64,000 nucleotides of DNA from assembly GCA_963751455.1 (NCBI GenBank), contig CAVVUN010000015.1, forward strand, positions 1,536,001-1,600,000, in the 5' to 3' direction. Shown piece after piece: positions 29,355 to 40,270 of this stretch. Every line of letters begins with the position of its first letter. The first letter of the stretch is position 1. Under the pieces are notes generated by a model that saw only the letters and a program-made list of their open reading frames with translations, was not told where the DNA came from and did not search any database. The stretch comes from Nitrospirota bacterium. Lineage in GTDB: Bacteria; Nitrospirota; UBA9217. Made by a program: the position numbers and the translations under genes.

Positions 29355-30099
29355 ATGCCGGAACAGTTCAAGATCACCTATCAATTCAGATTGAGCAGCG
29401 GAATCGAAAAGAAATTTACTCTCGTGCTTGACGGCAAGACGCTCTCTTTGATACAGGAACAGAAAAATGACCGTCCGGAATGGGCCCGCCTGGAGTTTCA
29501 TCAGTGCGCGAACTGTCCGCTTAATACTACCCTTACACCCTATTGTCCGATTGCAGTCAATCTTTCCGGTGTTGCCTGGGAATTCGGGGAAATTACCTCT
29601 GAAGAAAAGGCAGCCATTACCGTCGTTGTAAAAGAACGTGCCTATTTCAAGGCGGCGATCAATACAGGAGGGGCTGAGCCCTCTGCTCGGCATCATCATG
29701 GCATGCAGCGGATGTCCGGTCATGGAACCGCTCAAGCCGATGGTCCGCTACCACCTCCCATTCGCAAGCCTGGATGAGACAGTCTTCAGGATGACTTCAA
29801 TGTTCCTGATGGCGCAATTCTTACGCAGCCAGTCAGGCAAAAAACCTGAATGGAAACTGGATGGTTTGGCAAAAATATATGCAGAGGTCAAAAAATTGAA
29901 CAAGGACTTCGGGAAAAGAATGATAACGGCGGCACGAAATGATGCAAACGTTCATGCACTTGTAAATTTGAACGTTTTCGCGGTCATGGTGCCGATGAAG
30001 GCTGAAAACATGATGAAGGAGATCGCGCCTTACTTCTCAGTCTTACCTGAGGTAGTCGGGTTTATTTGTCAAAGCCCCGGGAGCAAAGGTACTAATTAA
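29355..30099 (+). CDS. Cys-containing hypothetical protein (DUF6901-like), frameshifted near 29650
   Basis: WARLEFHQCANCPL..CPIA (ORF 29304) continues as QEGLSPLLGIIMACSGCP..KPMVRYHLPFA (ORF 29638); SD AAGGAG. Confidence 0.7.
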
Positions 30100-30221
30100 G
30101 ATCACTAAATAAGTCGCTTGAGTACGCCTTTTTGACATCAGGAAAAGGCGGTGCTAACCTCTAAATGAGGACCATAAAAGTCCTTGATATGAGTCTCTAT
30201 GAACTTAAGAGGAGGTGCTCT

Positions 30222-30488
30222 ATGTCGTACTTAATTCAAAGCCCGCATACTGACGACGAGTGTTTGAAGGCCCTTGATGAGCAACTGGCGATGGGGCCGG
30301 AGGTGCTTGATAAATTTTACTTCGGGTGCAATGCCGGGGACCATACCGGCTATGCAATCGTGGACGTGAACAGCGAGGGCGAAGCTAGGGATCTGGTTCC
30401 GAGTTTTCTCATCGGTAAAACGCGCATAATAGAAGTCGGACAATTTACTCCGGAAATGATCCGCTCTGCTCACAGCAAAGCCGCATAG
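30222..30488 (+). CDS. Small hypothetical protein (His/Cys motif)
   Basis: SD GAGGAGG; SPHTDDEC..GCNAGDHTGY; hairpin at about 30506-30540 downstream. Confidence 0.7.
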   Translation: MSYLIQSPHTDDECLKALDEQLAMGPEVLDKFYFGCNAGDHTGYAIVDVNSEGEARDLVPSFLIGKTRIIEVGQFTPEMIRSAHSKAA

Positions 30489-30562
30489 TTTATCTCTCGC
30501 TTTGGGGATCCGGCCGGGGGTTACACCCTGTCCGGATCTCGCTTTTCGCCATCACGGATGAG

Positions 30563-31120
30563 TCACAGCGCAGGAACTGAAACAGGAACCTGGTTCCTGA
30601 TCGGTTTCATGCTTTTTAGATATGCAAATACAGCCTTGAGATCCTGATCCGAGAGTTTGGCATATTCTGACCATGGCATGGGTGGAAGAATATCCCGTCC
30701 CGACCCCATGAATTTTCCGGTTCTCAGAATCCTTATGAACAGGTCCTCAGTCCATGTTCCCGTACCGGTTTCCGGATCAGGTGTAAGGTTGGTAGAATAG
30801 CTGGTTCCCCACATTCCGACCCACCCCGTAAAATATCTGCTCGCCAGTGCGCCCCATTGATCAGGACCGATGACTGTTGGAGGAACAGCAGGCAATTTAT
30901 CGCCTGCCGGGTGTCCGGAAAGAAGGCGCCCCTTGTCAGGCAAGGGACCCGTTGGCGTCATTGTTTTCGGCGAATGGCAGTCATTGCATCCCGCAGCCGT
31001 TACCAGGTAAAGTCCTCGTTCTACGGAGCTTTCCGCTTTCCGCTTCGCCGCGGCTCCCTCTTGAGCCGGAAGAAGAATGATCAGCGCTGCAATAAAACAT
31101 CCTGCAAGCAAATTCATCAT
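30563..31120 (-). CDS. Periplasmic c-type cytochrome
   Basis: Signal peptide, RGLYL..CNDCHSP, NLTPD.ETG.G.W, PPMPW. Confidence 0.88.
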   Translation of the reverse strand: MMNLLAGCFIAALIILLPAQEGAAAKRKAESSVERGLYLVTAAGCNDCHSPKTMTPTGPLPDKGRLLSGHPAGDKLPAVPPTVIGPDQWGALASRYFTGWVGMWGTSYSTNLTPDPETGTGTWTEDLFIRILRTGKFMGSGRDILPPMPWSEYAKLSDQDLKAVFAYLKSMKPIRNQVPVSVPAL

Positions 31121-31493
31121 GGTATCCTGCTGCTTTGGTAGAAAAATGCGTTCATTGCCTTTATATCGGTTTCGGGAACGACCAAACGGATTAGTTTATA
31201 TCTAACACCCGCTCTGACTCGAGTCAACAGCCACGAAAGTACTTTTGTCGAATGTTGAAGGCGTATTGATGAACTAGTTCAAGGTTAACCTTAGTTTCGC
31301 ACTGATGGCTCACATTACCGGTCGAAGTTATTTAATATTCTAGCGGGGCCGAGCGAATTGCATACTGTCCGTGGACTCCGTTTCGATGCCCTCTGACAGC
31401 CTCATGATTGACATACGTCTTGACTGGAAATACAATTAAGGAAAATCAGCATAGTGCGGTCCATTCTCGGCCAAAATAAAGCGGAGACAATTT

Positions 31494-32636
31494 ATGTTCG
31501 GAAAACGCATCAGCCTCTTTAAAATTCTCGGTTTTGAAGTTCATATGGATCTGAGCTGGCTGATAATTGCGGTGATCGTCTCCTGGTCGCTTGCGGAGGG
31601 AGTGTTCCCCTCTGCATTTCAGGACCTTTCGACAGCAAGCTATTGGTGGATGGGGGTTGGCGGGGCGATCGGACTCTTTTTATCCATCGTTTTTCATGAA
31701 CTTTGCCACTCCCTGGTCGCAAGGCGATACGGGCTTCCCATGAAGGGCATTACGCTTTTTGTTTTCGGAGGTGTGGCTGAAATGACAGACGAACCATCGA
31801 GTCCGAAGGCGGAATTTCTGATGGCCGCAGCAGGGCCTCTTTCCAGTATCTTGTTGGGACTGGTATTGTACCTGGCTGTTGCCGGACTGGAAGGCGGCGT
31901 TTTGCCCCCACAGATTTCGGGCGTAGCTCAGTATCTTGCTTTCATCAACCTGATTCTTGCCGTGTTTAACCTGATGCCGGCATTTCCCCTGGATGGCGGG
32001 CGGATCCTGCGTTCGGCGCTCTGGCAGTGGAAAAAAAACCTGCGTTGGGCGACGCGCATTGCATCCGCCATCGGGTCCGCATTCGGCGTTCTCCTCATTG
32101 CCGTCGGCATCTTTAACGTAATCATGGGCCGCATCGTGAGCGGCATCTGGCAATTCATGATCGGTATGTTTCTTCGAAACGCAGCTCAGATGTCATATCG
32201 CCAGGTGCTGATCCGCAGGGCGCTGGAAGGAGAAACCGTGGGGCGCTTCATGAAGACTGAGCCGGTTACAGCTCCTTCTGAGATTTCCCTGCAGGAACTC
32301 GTGGACAAGTATATTTATGCACACCATTATAAGATGTACCCCGTTGTCGATGACGGCAAGCTTATCGGCTGCGTTACCATGCGCCAGGTAAAGAACGTAC
32401 CCCATGAGCAGTGGAAGGAGCGCACGGTCAGGGATGTCGCAAATCAGTGTTCTTCGGAAAATTCGATCAGTCCGGGAGCGGATGCGCTCAGGGCCTTGGC
32501 AGTGATGAGCAGAACGGGCAACGGCCGTTTGATGGTCGTTGACGAAGGACGCCTGGTCGGTATTATAACGCTCAAGGACATCATGGGATTTCTTTCGGCA
32601 AAAATCGACCTGGGGGGCTTTGAAAACAGCCGGTAA
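31494..32636 (+). CDS. Site-2 (M50) metalloprotease with CBS pair
   Basis: HELCH, FNLMPAFPLDGGR, C-terminal CBS domains. Confidence 0.93.
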   Translation: MFGKRISLFKILGFEVHMDLSWLIIAVIVSWSLAEGVFPSAFQDLSTASYWWMGVGGAIGLFLSIVFHELCHSLVARRYGLPMKGITLFVFGGVAEMTDEPSSPKAEFLMAAAGPLSSILLGLVLYLAVAGLEGGVLPPQISGVAQYLAFINLILAVFNLMPAFPLDGGRILRSALWQWKKNLRWATRIASAIGSAFGVLLIAVGIFNVIMGRIVSGIWQFMIGMFLRNAAQMSYRQVLIRRALEGETVGRFMKTEPVTAPSEISLQELVDKYIYAHHYKMYPVVDDGKLIGCVTMRQVKNVPHEQWKERTVRDVANQCSSENSISPGADALRALAVMSRTGNGRLMVVDEGRLVGIITLKDIMGFLSAKIDLGGFENSR

Positions 32637-32844
32637 TTTCATCGCGTCAGATTACTTCCTTCAAAAAAACCAACGTCCGCGACCATCCAACCTAAGCGTC
32701 GTATTGACGGCGAATATCCTCACAAAATATCATGCAAAGCGCGGAAAACTACTGTATACTTTAAAACAGGACAAGATAAGTCTTAATTAGGGCTGTTAGC
32801 GATCCCGGCCGGCTATGCGTGAAGGGGAGATGCCTTGAAGAGGC

Positions 32845-33843
32845 CTACGCGGCCACGAATTGAAAGATATATTTCAGGGCAAGAGATACGAGCATGACGC
32901 CAAGAATCAACTTTATGAATTTCTGAGGCATGTATTTTTGAAGTCGTGCTCCGATATACATCCCGGCAAAGCCCCCGAGGCCGAACAGGAAGCCCAGCGC
33001 CCAGTCAGGCGCGGTGGAGATTCCGCTTGCTGCGGGCAGCACGCTGTAAAAGAAGACGCCCACGATTGAAGTAAGAAACGTTCCGAGCAGGGCAGCGCCT
33101 GCCACAGTATAGACCGGCAGTTGGAAAACGGCCACGCAGAACGGCGCAATGATGGCGCCTCCGCCGATTCCATATGTTCCGCCGATGATGCCCACGACCA
33201 GGGCGAGGAGGAACATTGCCGGCACGCTGAAGCTGAAGCGCTCGCCCCAGAATTCATATTCGATTCTTCGGGCGTTGAACGTTATGGTCCTGACTACCGC
33301 GTCCGGGGGAAGACCTGCGGCTGCCTGGGATTGCCGTTGTTCCTTGATTCGCTTGGCCCGCTCGGCGAATTTTTTGTCCAGTTCGCTTAATTTAGCCTTG
33401 CTGATTTGGGCCGAACCGGTCATCTCGTACAGCAGTCTGCCGCCTATATAGAGAAGGACGAGCCCTACAAAGAACTTGAACGCGCGCGGATCAGGAAGAT
33501 AGAGGATGCGGAGATAATAACCGATGAAAACACCCGGCAGAGTGCCGATGATGACCACCCAGGTAAGCGGCCAGGCCATCCGGCCTTCCTTGAAATAGCG
33601 GTATACCCCGCTGGGAATAGCAACTATATTGTACACAAAATTCGTTGAGCTGACAGCGGGGCTGGTAAAACCGAGGACGCTCATCTGAAAGGGGAGGAGG
33701 ATAAAAGCGCCTGAAACGCCGGCCATCGAGGTGAATGTAGAGACGACGAGCGCTACGAGCGGAGGGACAAAAACCCATGTTTTTACGCCTGAAACAGGAA
33801 AGAGCGAGTACAGGGCTATCCATGAGTTCGCAGTATACCACAA
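32845..33843 (-). CDS. TauE/SafE family sulfite exporter (true start probably ATG 33823 with an indel near the 5' end)
   Basis: GVSGAFILLP and YGIGGGAIIAP repeats, about 8 TM segments. Confidence 0.85.
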   Translation of the reverse strand: MWYTANSWIALYSLFPVSGVKTWVFVPPLVALVVSTFTSMAGVSGAFILLPFQMSVLGFTSPAVSSTNFVYNIVAIPSGVYRYFKEGRMAWPLTWVVIIGTLPGVFIGYYLRILYLPDPRAFKFFVGLVLLYIGGRLLYEMTGSAQISKAKLSELDKKFAERAKRIKEQRQSQAAAGLPPDAVVRTITFNARRIEYEFWGERFSFSVPAMFLLALVVGIIGGTYGIGGGAIIAPFCVAVFQLPVYTVAGAALLGTFLTSIVGVFFYSVLPAASGISTAPDWALGFLFGLGGFAGMYIGARLQKYMPQKFIKLILGVMLVSLALKYIFQFVAA

Positions 33844-34046
33844 AAATTGGCCGGGTCAATTGCAAAAAACGCATTCGTAGCTCGGTTTATTGCCCCGTGC
33901 GGCGTGGAACGAGGACCCGCGAAATCTTTTTTTTGTGATTTAAATTACAGTTTACAGGTAAAAGAAGATTACAATTATAATACCGTTTGACGCAATGATT
34001 GATTTTGCTATAATCTAAGCAGAGCCATAATAGAAAGGTAGAATGG

Positions 34047-35399
34047 ATGGGCAAAATGGCATTATCTCAAGATAAAAACATACCGGAAGGAGTACCCGAG
34101 GACGTTCTTGAGGAACTTGTGGAAGAGCTTGATGAGGACCATGAAGAAGAACCGTCCTTCGTAGAAGTCGCCGAGGCCGCAGTGGAAGAAGTGAGCGGCG
34201 CCGACCTGGTTGATACCTATCTGAAAACTGTCGGCAAATTTCCGATGCTCAAAATCGAGAAGGAGCAGGAATATGTACGCGTGCTTGAAGACGGAAAAGC
34301 GGAACTCAAGAAGATCGCCTTGGGGTCGCCGCTCGCCATTCCGCGGATTCTCGCGCTTGGCGCTAATATCAAACAGGGCCTGGTGAAGGCCCAGGACGTA
34401 CTTCGGTTCCCGGGAGAATGGAAGGATTCGTTTGAAACCGAGTTCATGCGCCTGTACAACCGGTTGAAGCGGCAGGTTGCGCGCCGCGATATGGAGCGGG
34501 CCACAGTTACTCTAAACGAAATGAGCCTCTCGTTCCGAGAGATAGAAAAGATGCTGAAACGGATTATGTTCATCGGCAAGCAGGTGGAGCGCGGCATTCC
34601 CGGGGAAATGGAAAAGCTCGGCCTGGACGAGCCCGCGCTGCGCGACATGGTTGCCCGCATCGAGCATGCAGACATCAATGTCAAAATAGCCAAGGACGAG
34701 TTGATCAAGGCCAATCTGCGGCTCGTTGTGTCCATAGCGAAGAAATACGTAAACCGCGGTTTGACGCTGCTCGATCTCATCCAGGAAGGCAACATCGGCC
34801 TGATGAAAGCTGCGGACCGCTATGAATCCGGAAAAGGAACAAAGTTCAGCACGTATTCGACCTGGTGGATCAGGCAGCGTATCACGCGCGCTATCCTCGA
34901 CCAGGCACGCACCATCCGGCTCCCGGTCCATCTGATCGAAGAAAGCACCCGGATCAGCAGGATTTATACAAAATTCATGCGCGAGAAGGGGAGGGAGCCG
35001 GCGCCCGAAGAGATCGCGAAGATCATGGGGCTTTCGGTTACACGCGTAACGGAAATTCTGCGTGCCATCCAGGAGCCTGTTTCTCTGGAGACGCCGATCC
35101 TGTCCGAGGAGAAAGAGCTGAAGGACGTCATCGTTGATGAAAAGTCGATCTCGCCTTTCAAGACGTTGGAGAACAATGAGGCCGCCCACCGCATTGAGGA
35201 AGTACTCTCATCGCTTTCCGAGCGGGAAGAGAAAATAATCCGCATGAGGTTCGGCATAGGGATAGGCACTGAGCATACGCTTGAAGAAGTGGGAAAGTTC
35301 TTTAATTTGACCAGGGAACGTATCAGGCAGATCGAAATCAAAGCTCTGAAGAAATTGCGCCATCCGGCGCGAAGCAGGCTGCTCAGGGAGTACGTGTAA
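34047..35399 (+). CDS. RpoD/SigA-like sigma70 factor
   Basis: Region 1.2 [50 protein letters not shown]. Confidence 0.92.
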   Translation: MGKMALSQDKNIPEGVPEDVLEELVEELDEDHEEEPSFVEVAEAAVEEVSGADLVDTYLKTVGKFPMLKIEKEQEYVRVLEDGKAELKKIALGSPLAIPRILALGANIKQGLVKAQDVLRFPGEWKDSFETEFMRLYNRLKRQVARRDMERATVTLNEMSLSFREIEKMLKRIMFIGKQVERGIPGEMEKLGLDEPALRDMVARIEHADINVKIAKDELIKANLRLVVSIAKKYVNRGLTLLDLIQEGNIGLMKAADRYESGKGTKFSTYSTWWIRQRITRAILDQARTIRLPVHLIEESTRISRIYTKFMREKGREPAPEEIAKIMGLSVTRVTEILRAIQEPVSLETPILSEEKELKDVIVDEKSISPFKTLENNEAAHRIEEVLSSLSEREEKIIRMRFGIGIGTEHTLEEVGKFFNLTRERIRQIEIKALKKLRHPARSRLLREYV

Positions 35400-35506
35400 T
35401 TACAAGCTGTCACGCGGGCCCACAAAAGAGACGTGTCTTTTGGGCGGTTGAATGCCGGTTTCAAACGGCGATCACCTGCCGAAAATGACACGTTTTTTTT
35501 GGTCCG

Positions 35507-35953
35507 CTAATCGTTCGTATTCGATATGAATTCGATATCGGACACAATACGGGAGGCTTCATCGAGGGAAGGATGATCGTTTTCCGGGTTGCAAACGTAG
35601 GCGGCCATAAGCGCTCTTGTCCGGTCCACCAGGAACCATACCCTCCAGTGAGTAGGTTCTTCCTTTTCCCGGTATGTATAGTCGAGGGTCGCTATACCCA
35701 AGGGCCCCTGTTCCTCGACCTTGACCGCTTCACGGGGAAACGGAATATCGCGCTCTTCCAGCGTATCTTCAAGAAGTACTCTTGCCGCTTTTGCAGGCGG
35801 TGTTTTTGTCTCTTCGCGCTCTATGAATGAAAGCTGCAGCATTCCTGGCCAGCCGTTCTTCTCGAGCAGCACAAACCCCATTTCCTCCCGTTCGCTCCAT
35901 CCATCCGGCAGGAAAAGGTTGATCCATCTTTCATACGTGACTTTTTTACCCAT
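35507..35953 (-). CDS. Hypothetical protein (PsbP/DcrB-like fold possible)
   Basis: LPDGW motif; promoter TTGACT-17-TACAAT directly upstream. Confidence 0.65.
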   Translation of the reverse strand: MGKKVTYERWINLFLPDGWSEREEMGFVLLEKNGWPGMLQLSFIEREETKTPPAKAARVLLEDTLEERDIPFPREAVKVEEQGPLGIATLDYTYREKEEPTHWRVWFLVDRTRALMAAYVCNPENDHPSLDEASRIVSDIEFISNTND

Positions 35954-36028
35954 GGTAAGAGATTGTATCTGAGTCAAGTGAGGCAGTCAAATGAGTTTCG
36001 TAAATAGGGTCTAAAGAACTGTTTATAT

Positions 36029-36367
36029 CCCTTGATTCCCGTCTCCTGCTTCCCAAGGAGATGGTAGGTAAAGGGTCTATGGTTCACCCTTGATTCCCGT
36101 CTCCTGCTTCCCAAGGAGATGGTAGGTAAAGGGTCTATGGTTCACCCTTGATTCCCGTCTCCTGCTTCCCAAGGAGATGGTAGGTAAAGGGTCTATGGTT
36201 CACCCCTTGATTCCCGTCTCCTGTTTCCCAAGGAGATGGTAGGTAAAGGGTCTATGGTTCCCCTTGATTCCCGTCTCCTGGTTCTCAAGGAGATGGTAGG
36301 TAAAGGGTCTATGGTTCACCTTGATTCCCGTCTCCTGCTTCTCAAGGAGATGATACGTCAAGGGTCT
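36029..36367. repeat. Tandem array of 6 hairpin-forming units of about 58 bp
   Basis: Unit CCCTTGATTCCCGTCTCCTGCTTCCCAAGGAGATGGTAGGTAAAGGGTCTATGGTTCA; units 1-3 identical, units 4-6 diverging. Confidence 0.97.
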
Positions 36368-36407
36368 CACCCGTTCCTCAGGAAGGGTGAACAATGGGTG
36401 AGCATCA

Positions 36408-36935
36408 TTAAATGAATTGTAACTGCTCCAGTTTGTCGATAATTCTGTCAACGCCTGTTTCCGGCCCGGCCTCTCCGCTGACTGTAAGCTCTGGTTTAAC
36501 AGGGGGTTCGTACGGTATCTGGATTCCGGGCACTGTTACGGCGCGGCCGGAGGTCGCACTGGCATATATCCCTTTCGGGTCTCGTCTCATGCAGATATCA
36601 AGCGGACAGTCGACGTAGACTTCAAGGAACCTGGAGATCAGACCGCGGGCATGGTCACGGTACGCCCGTTTTCCCGCTGTCGCATCGAAGATTACATTGA
36701 CGCCGCTCGCAATGATCCGTTCACCGATCAATACCAGCGCCCGGTAAAACTGGTCTCTCTCTTCCAGCCTGTATGTCGGTTCCGGTGTAAGGATCTTTCT
36801 CATCTCGTCCGATTCCAGCGTAACCACAGGTACACCGAGCTCGTTTAAGCGTTTTACCAGCTCACGTGCAATGGTGCTCTTGCCGGATGCCGGAAGTCCC
36901 GTTATCCACACTCCAAATCCCGCTTGTCCCCTCAT
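36408..36935 (-). CDS. Adenylyl-sulfate kinase (CysC)-like P-loop kinase
   Basis: WITGLPASGKST, RDPKGIY, VPGIQIPYEPP. Confidence 0.85.
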   Translation of the reverse strand: MRGQAGFGVWITGLPASGKSTIARELVKRLNELGVPVVTLESDEMRKILTPEPTYRLEERDQFYRALVLIGERIIASGVNVIFDATAGKRAYRDHARGLISRFLEVYVDCPLDICMRRDPKGIYASATSGRAVTVPGIQIPYEPPVKPELTVSGEAGPETGVDRIIDKLEQLQFI

Positions 36936-38014
36936 GCAAGGTACCTGTTGACGTCTTTGGGATCGAACCGGTCCGATCCAAGGACATTTTCAATAAAAGA
37001 GAATATTTTTTTACGGATATCCAGTGACAGATGCGGGTACCAGACAGGGCTGGCAATTACCAAACCGCGCCACGCGTAAAAGGGAGCAATTACCTCGAGC
37101 ATCTCGCGGTCCCCGGTCCCGGCAAGGTAGTTTTCCCAGAACAGGTGATAGAGTTTTTCAAAATCGCCTTGAAAAGCGCCGGACTGCTGCAGCGAAAAAA
37201 AGATAAAATTAATGGTCATCGTGGCTACATCGTCCGCGGCCTCGCCCCATTCCCCCCTGGAGCGGTCAAGCACCGTGAAATCGGCGCCGCTGCGAAACAG
37301 AATATTCCAGGGGTGGAAGTCGCCGTGGACGCGGCAGAGCCGGTGTGATCTTTTTTTGATGCGCCAGCGCCATTCGACGCATGTTGTTTCGATCCGCTTC
37401 AGAGCCACCTGGCCAATGGATTCCAACTTTGGGTAATTATCGATAATTCCCATGATGCATTCGCCGTGGCCGAGAAGCTCCCGAATTCGACGGGCATACA
37501 GGCCGGGAGAATCATGCTTGTCCTGATGCACTTTCACGAGATAATCCGAGAGAGCGGCTGTCCGCATGAAGTCGGCGTCAGCTACCCGTGCTCCGTCCCT
37601 GATCCGTTCAAGATCCTTGAAATATCCTGCACCGTCCACAAACTCTGAAAGAAGAAAAAATTCCTGAGCCTTGCCGGTTGATATCATTTTCCCGGACTCC
37701 AGAAACGCTCCGCTGTCGATAGAGCGCACGTGGCGCAGCAGGGCGTTAAAGGCGGAGTGTTCCCAGAGAATGGTTTGTGCCCTGTCCGAGAAATGGTCGT
37801 GTCCGTAGAAGGAAGGCGCAATGGTTTCGAGCACTGCCTTTTTCCGTTCTCCCCGTACTTCATATTCAACAAAAAGAGGGGAGCCATACCCATAGCCCTT
37901 GAGATCATCTCCTTCTTCCTGGGCGCCGTGTGTAGACACTGAAAAAACACGGACCGGTGTTTCGTACAGGGACTGCAGATACTTGGTGAGCGAATCAAGC
38001 TTGATGGCTGGCAT
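36932..38014 (-). CDS. Aminoglycoside phosphotransferase (APH)-family protein
   Basis: VHGDFHPWNI, VLDRS; SD GAGGAG; ATGA overlap with the kinase. Confidence 0.85.
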   Translation of the reverse strand: MPAIKLDSLTKYLQSLYETPVRVFSVSTHGAQEEGDDLKGYGYGSPLFVEYEVRGERKKAVLETIAPSFYGHDHFSDRAQTILWEHSAFNALLRHVRSIDSGAFLESGKMISTGKAQEFFLLSEFVDGAGYFKDLERIRDGARVADADFMRTAALSDYLVKVHQDKHDSPGLYARRIRELLGHGECIMGIIDNYPKLESIGQVALKRIETTCVEWRWRIKKRSHRLCRVHGDFHPWNILFRSGADFTVLDRSRGEWGEAADDVATMTINFIFFSLQQSGAFQGDFEKLYHLFWENYLAGTGDREMLEVIAPFYAWRGLVIASPVWYPHLSLDIRKKIFSFIENVLGSDRFDPKDVNRYLA

Positions 38015-38218
38015 TGTCTCCTCGTATGAGATCTTTCCTGGTCGCCGTGGGTCATTACAAGCGTCCGCTTGCAACAAAATATCCCGAATATCAGCTTTGA
38101 TTACTTAGGTTGTCTCAGATTGTGGTTAAGAACGATACTGCTTAAATTGTAGCATGTCTCGAAAGAGAAAGAAGGGAATTTGAGATGAGAGGATCAATAG
38201 CGCGTCCCGGAAGGAAAC

Positions 38219-39211
38219 TTAATCATCCGCGCCGACACGCCGTAATCCTGAAGATTTAATAGGAAGCGGTTCTCCCGGATCGAAAATCTCGTCACCGTAC
38301 TTGATTCTGTATGTCAGACCCGGGACCTGTTTACTGTAGGTAATCATGGAGCCGCCCTACGGTCTGTTTAATTCCTGTGTAGCGTCCCCGTTGAGAAGGG
38401 CGACCGGACCGGAAAGCCATGAGGAGTAAACAGATGGTAGTCATGAGATGCCAGCGAAATGAGCATATTGTTCTCGCTGTTGTTGCGCCCAACTACGATC
38501 TTTACTCTTTTATCGAAACGGTAATGGCGGCCGACCGTGAGCAGGCGGATATCATTGGGATTGACATTCTGTTTATCCTCGAAAAGATCGCGCAATTTAT
38601 CCGAGAAGTTTTTATCTAAAGAGGCAGCCGCCTGCCGGGGTGGAGAAATCTTTTATGCCGTACCGGGCTGAAGCTGAAGCTGGACCGTTCTCGACCGCCC
38701 GCTTATGGCGAGCAGATTTTCCCGCCGAATCAGGCCGTTCTGTTCAGCAGCAGTCTCGGGCAGCAGCGCGGCTGAAAGAGGGCGAAGAATAAGCCCTTTC
38801 ATGCCGGCATCGCGTTCAATCACGTTCAAGGCATCACGGCGCTGCGACAGGGACGCGTCCCAGCACTTCGCCGGTCACGACAAAGGATGCATTTGCTTCA
38901 TGCATGATTGTCTTCGCATGTTTCAGCATGAGGATCTTGCAATCGATACAGGGGTTTATGTTTTTTCCGTAGCCATGCACAGGGTTGCGGACAAGGTCGA
39001 CGTACGCCTGCCCCATATCGAAGATGCGGATGTCGATGCCGATCGATTTGTAAACGGTCGCTGCATGCGTCCGGCTTTCGTTACCGTAGCTCTTGGAAAA
39101 GGCGGACGTAAAGTAGAGTGCGGAAACTTCAAAGCCCTGTTCCATGACCAGCTTTGCCGCCAGCACACTGTCAAGACCGCCCGATATCAGGGCAATTGCC
39201 TTTCTGCTCAA
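38219..39211 (-). CDS. ThiI/MnmA-like PP-loop tRNA sulfurtransferase with DUF814-like C-terminus (several frameshifts)
   Basis: ALISGGLDS, HGYGKNINPCIDCK, VTGEVLG, GRHYR..VGRN spread over several frames. Confidence 0.8.
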
Positions 39212-39439
39212 ACTGCCTCCCTGCTACGGATATTGTAAACGTAGTATTATAAATCTCCTTAGCCTGTTTTGGCAATAGATAAGAGCGTATTCCACTATTT
39301 GTCCCTTTTTAAAAAAAGTCGGATAAGACGTTTCTTATCGTCGCTCAGTTACAGGGCCGGGCCTGTTCATCTTCTCCGAGGCAGAGACCGGTTTCTTGCC
39401 GAGAGATCGCAGAAAGGCGGAAAGTTTTGACGTGCGTAA

Positions 39440-40100
39440 TCAAATTTTTATCAACGTGCGGGCTGCCATATCCGCGCATCTCAGCGGTTCCGGAATTCGA
39501 TAGTGGCCGATGCAGCCGGTGGTTATTCTGATCGCGCCGAATACATCAATTCGGTGCCCGGGCGATATGAACAATGGTTTGACAATCCCTGGTTTGTAAG
39601 ACAGCACCGACAACACTCCCGTGGAATTTCAAAGGAGACCAACTGCCCTTCTGGGTGCCAGGTTCGTCGAATTCGCCGATTAACCTTGTCTTTGCGCACC
39701 CGATCGTCGGAATGTCGAGCAGCACGCCGAGATGGGAAGCGCTGCCGATTCCCCTGGGGTGCGCAATCCCCTGGCCGTCTATAAGAAGTACGTCCGGCTT
39801 GTTCTTTAGTTTATCAATAGCGGCGATCAATGTGGGACCTTCACGGAAGAGGAGATACCCGGGAACATAGGGAAAACCCGACTTTGACACGGCGGTTTGC
39901 TGTTCAATCAATTGAAGTTCCGGATAACTGAAAAGGCAGGCTGCCGGGATAACGTTATCTCCGGTAAAAGCAGCATCCACACCTGCAACGGATTCCGGTT
40001 CTTTTTCCAGATGCATGATTCGCACATTGCCGACGTAAATATTTTGCAGCAGGTTCGCTTCTTTAACGGTCACGGGCCATTTGATATCCGTCTGTCTCAT
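39440..40100 (-). CDS. nfi: Endonuclease V (frameshift near the 3' end)
   Basis: [37 protein letters not shown], then [10 protein letters not shown] in another frame. Confidence 0.9.
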
Positions 40101-40270
40101 CTTTTCAGATATAATTATACTATGTACAAACAAAAATTCAATCGGCCGAAATGGATTATCCCACCCCCGCCCGGGCCTAAAAAATACCCGCAAGCCTAAT
40201 TAAAAAGAGATTCACCTTTATAAGATATCTCTAGCGGGGGAAGGCTCTACTTAACGGAGGGAGTGATTTC

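Noticed and set aside
36029-36367. CRISPR array
   Set aside because: Units are contiguous with no unique spacers, and there are no cas genes in the window.
36200-36451. 83-aa repetitive ORF on the minus strand
   Set aside because: Read-through of the DNA repeat; the 58-bp unit is not a multiple of 3 and the ORF overlaps the kinase gene.
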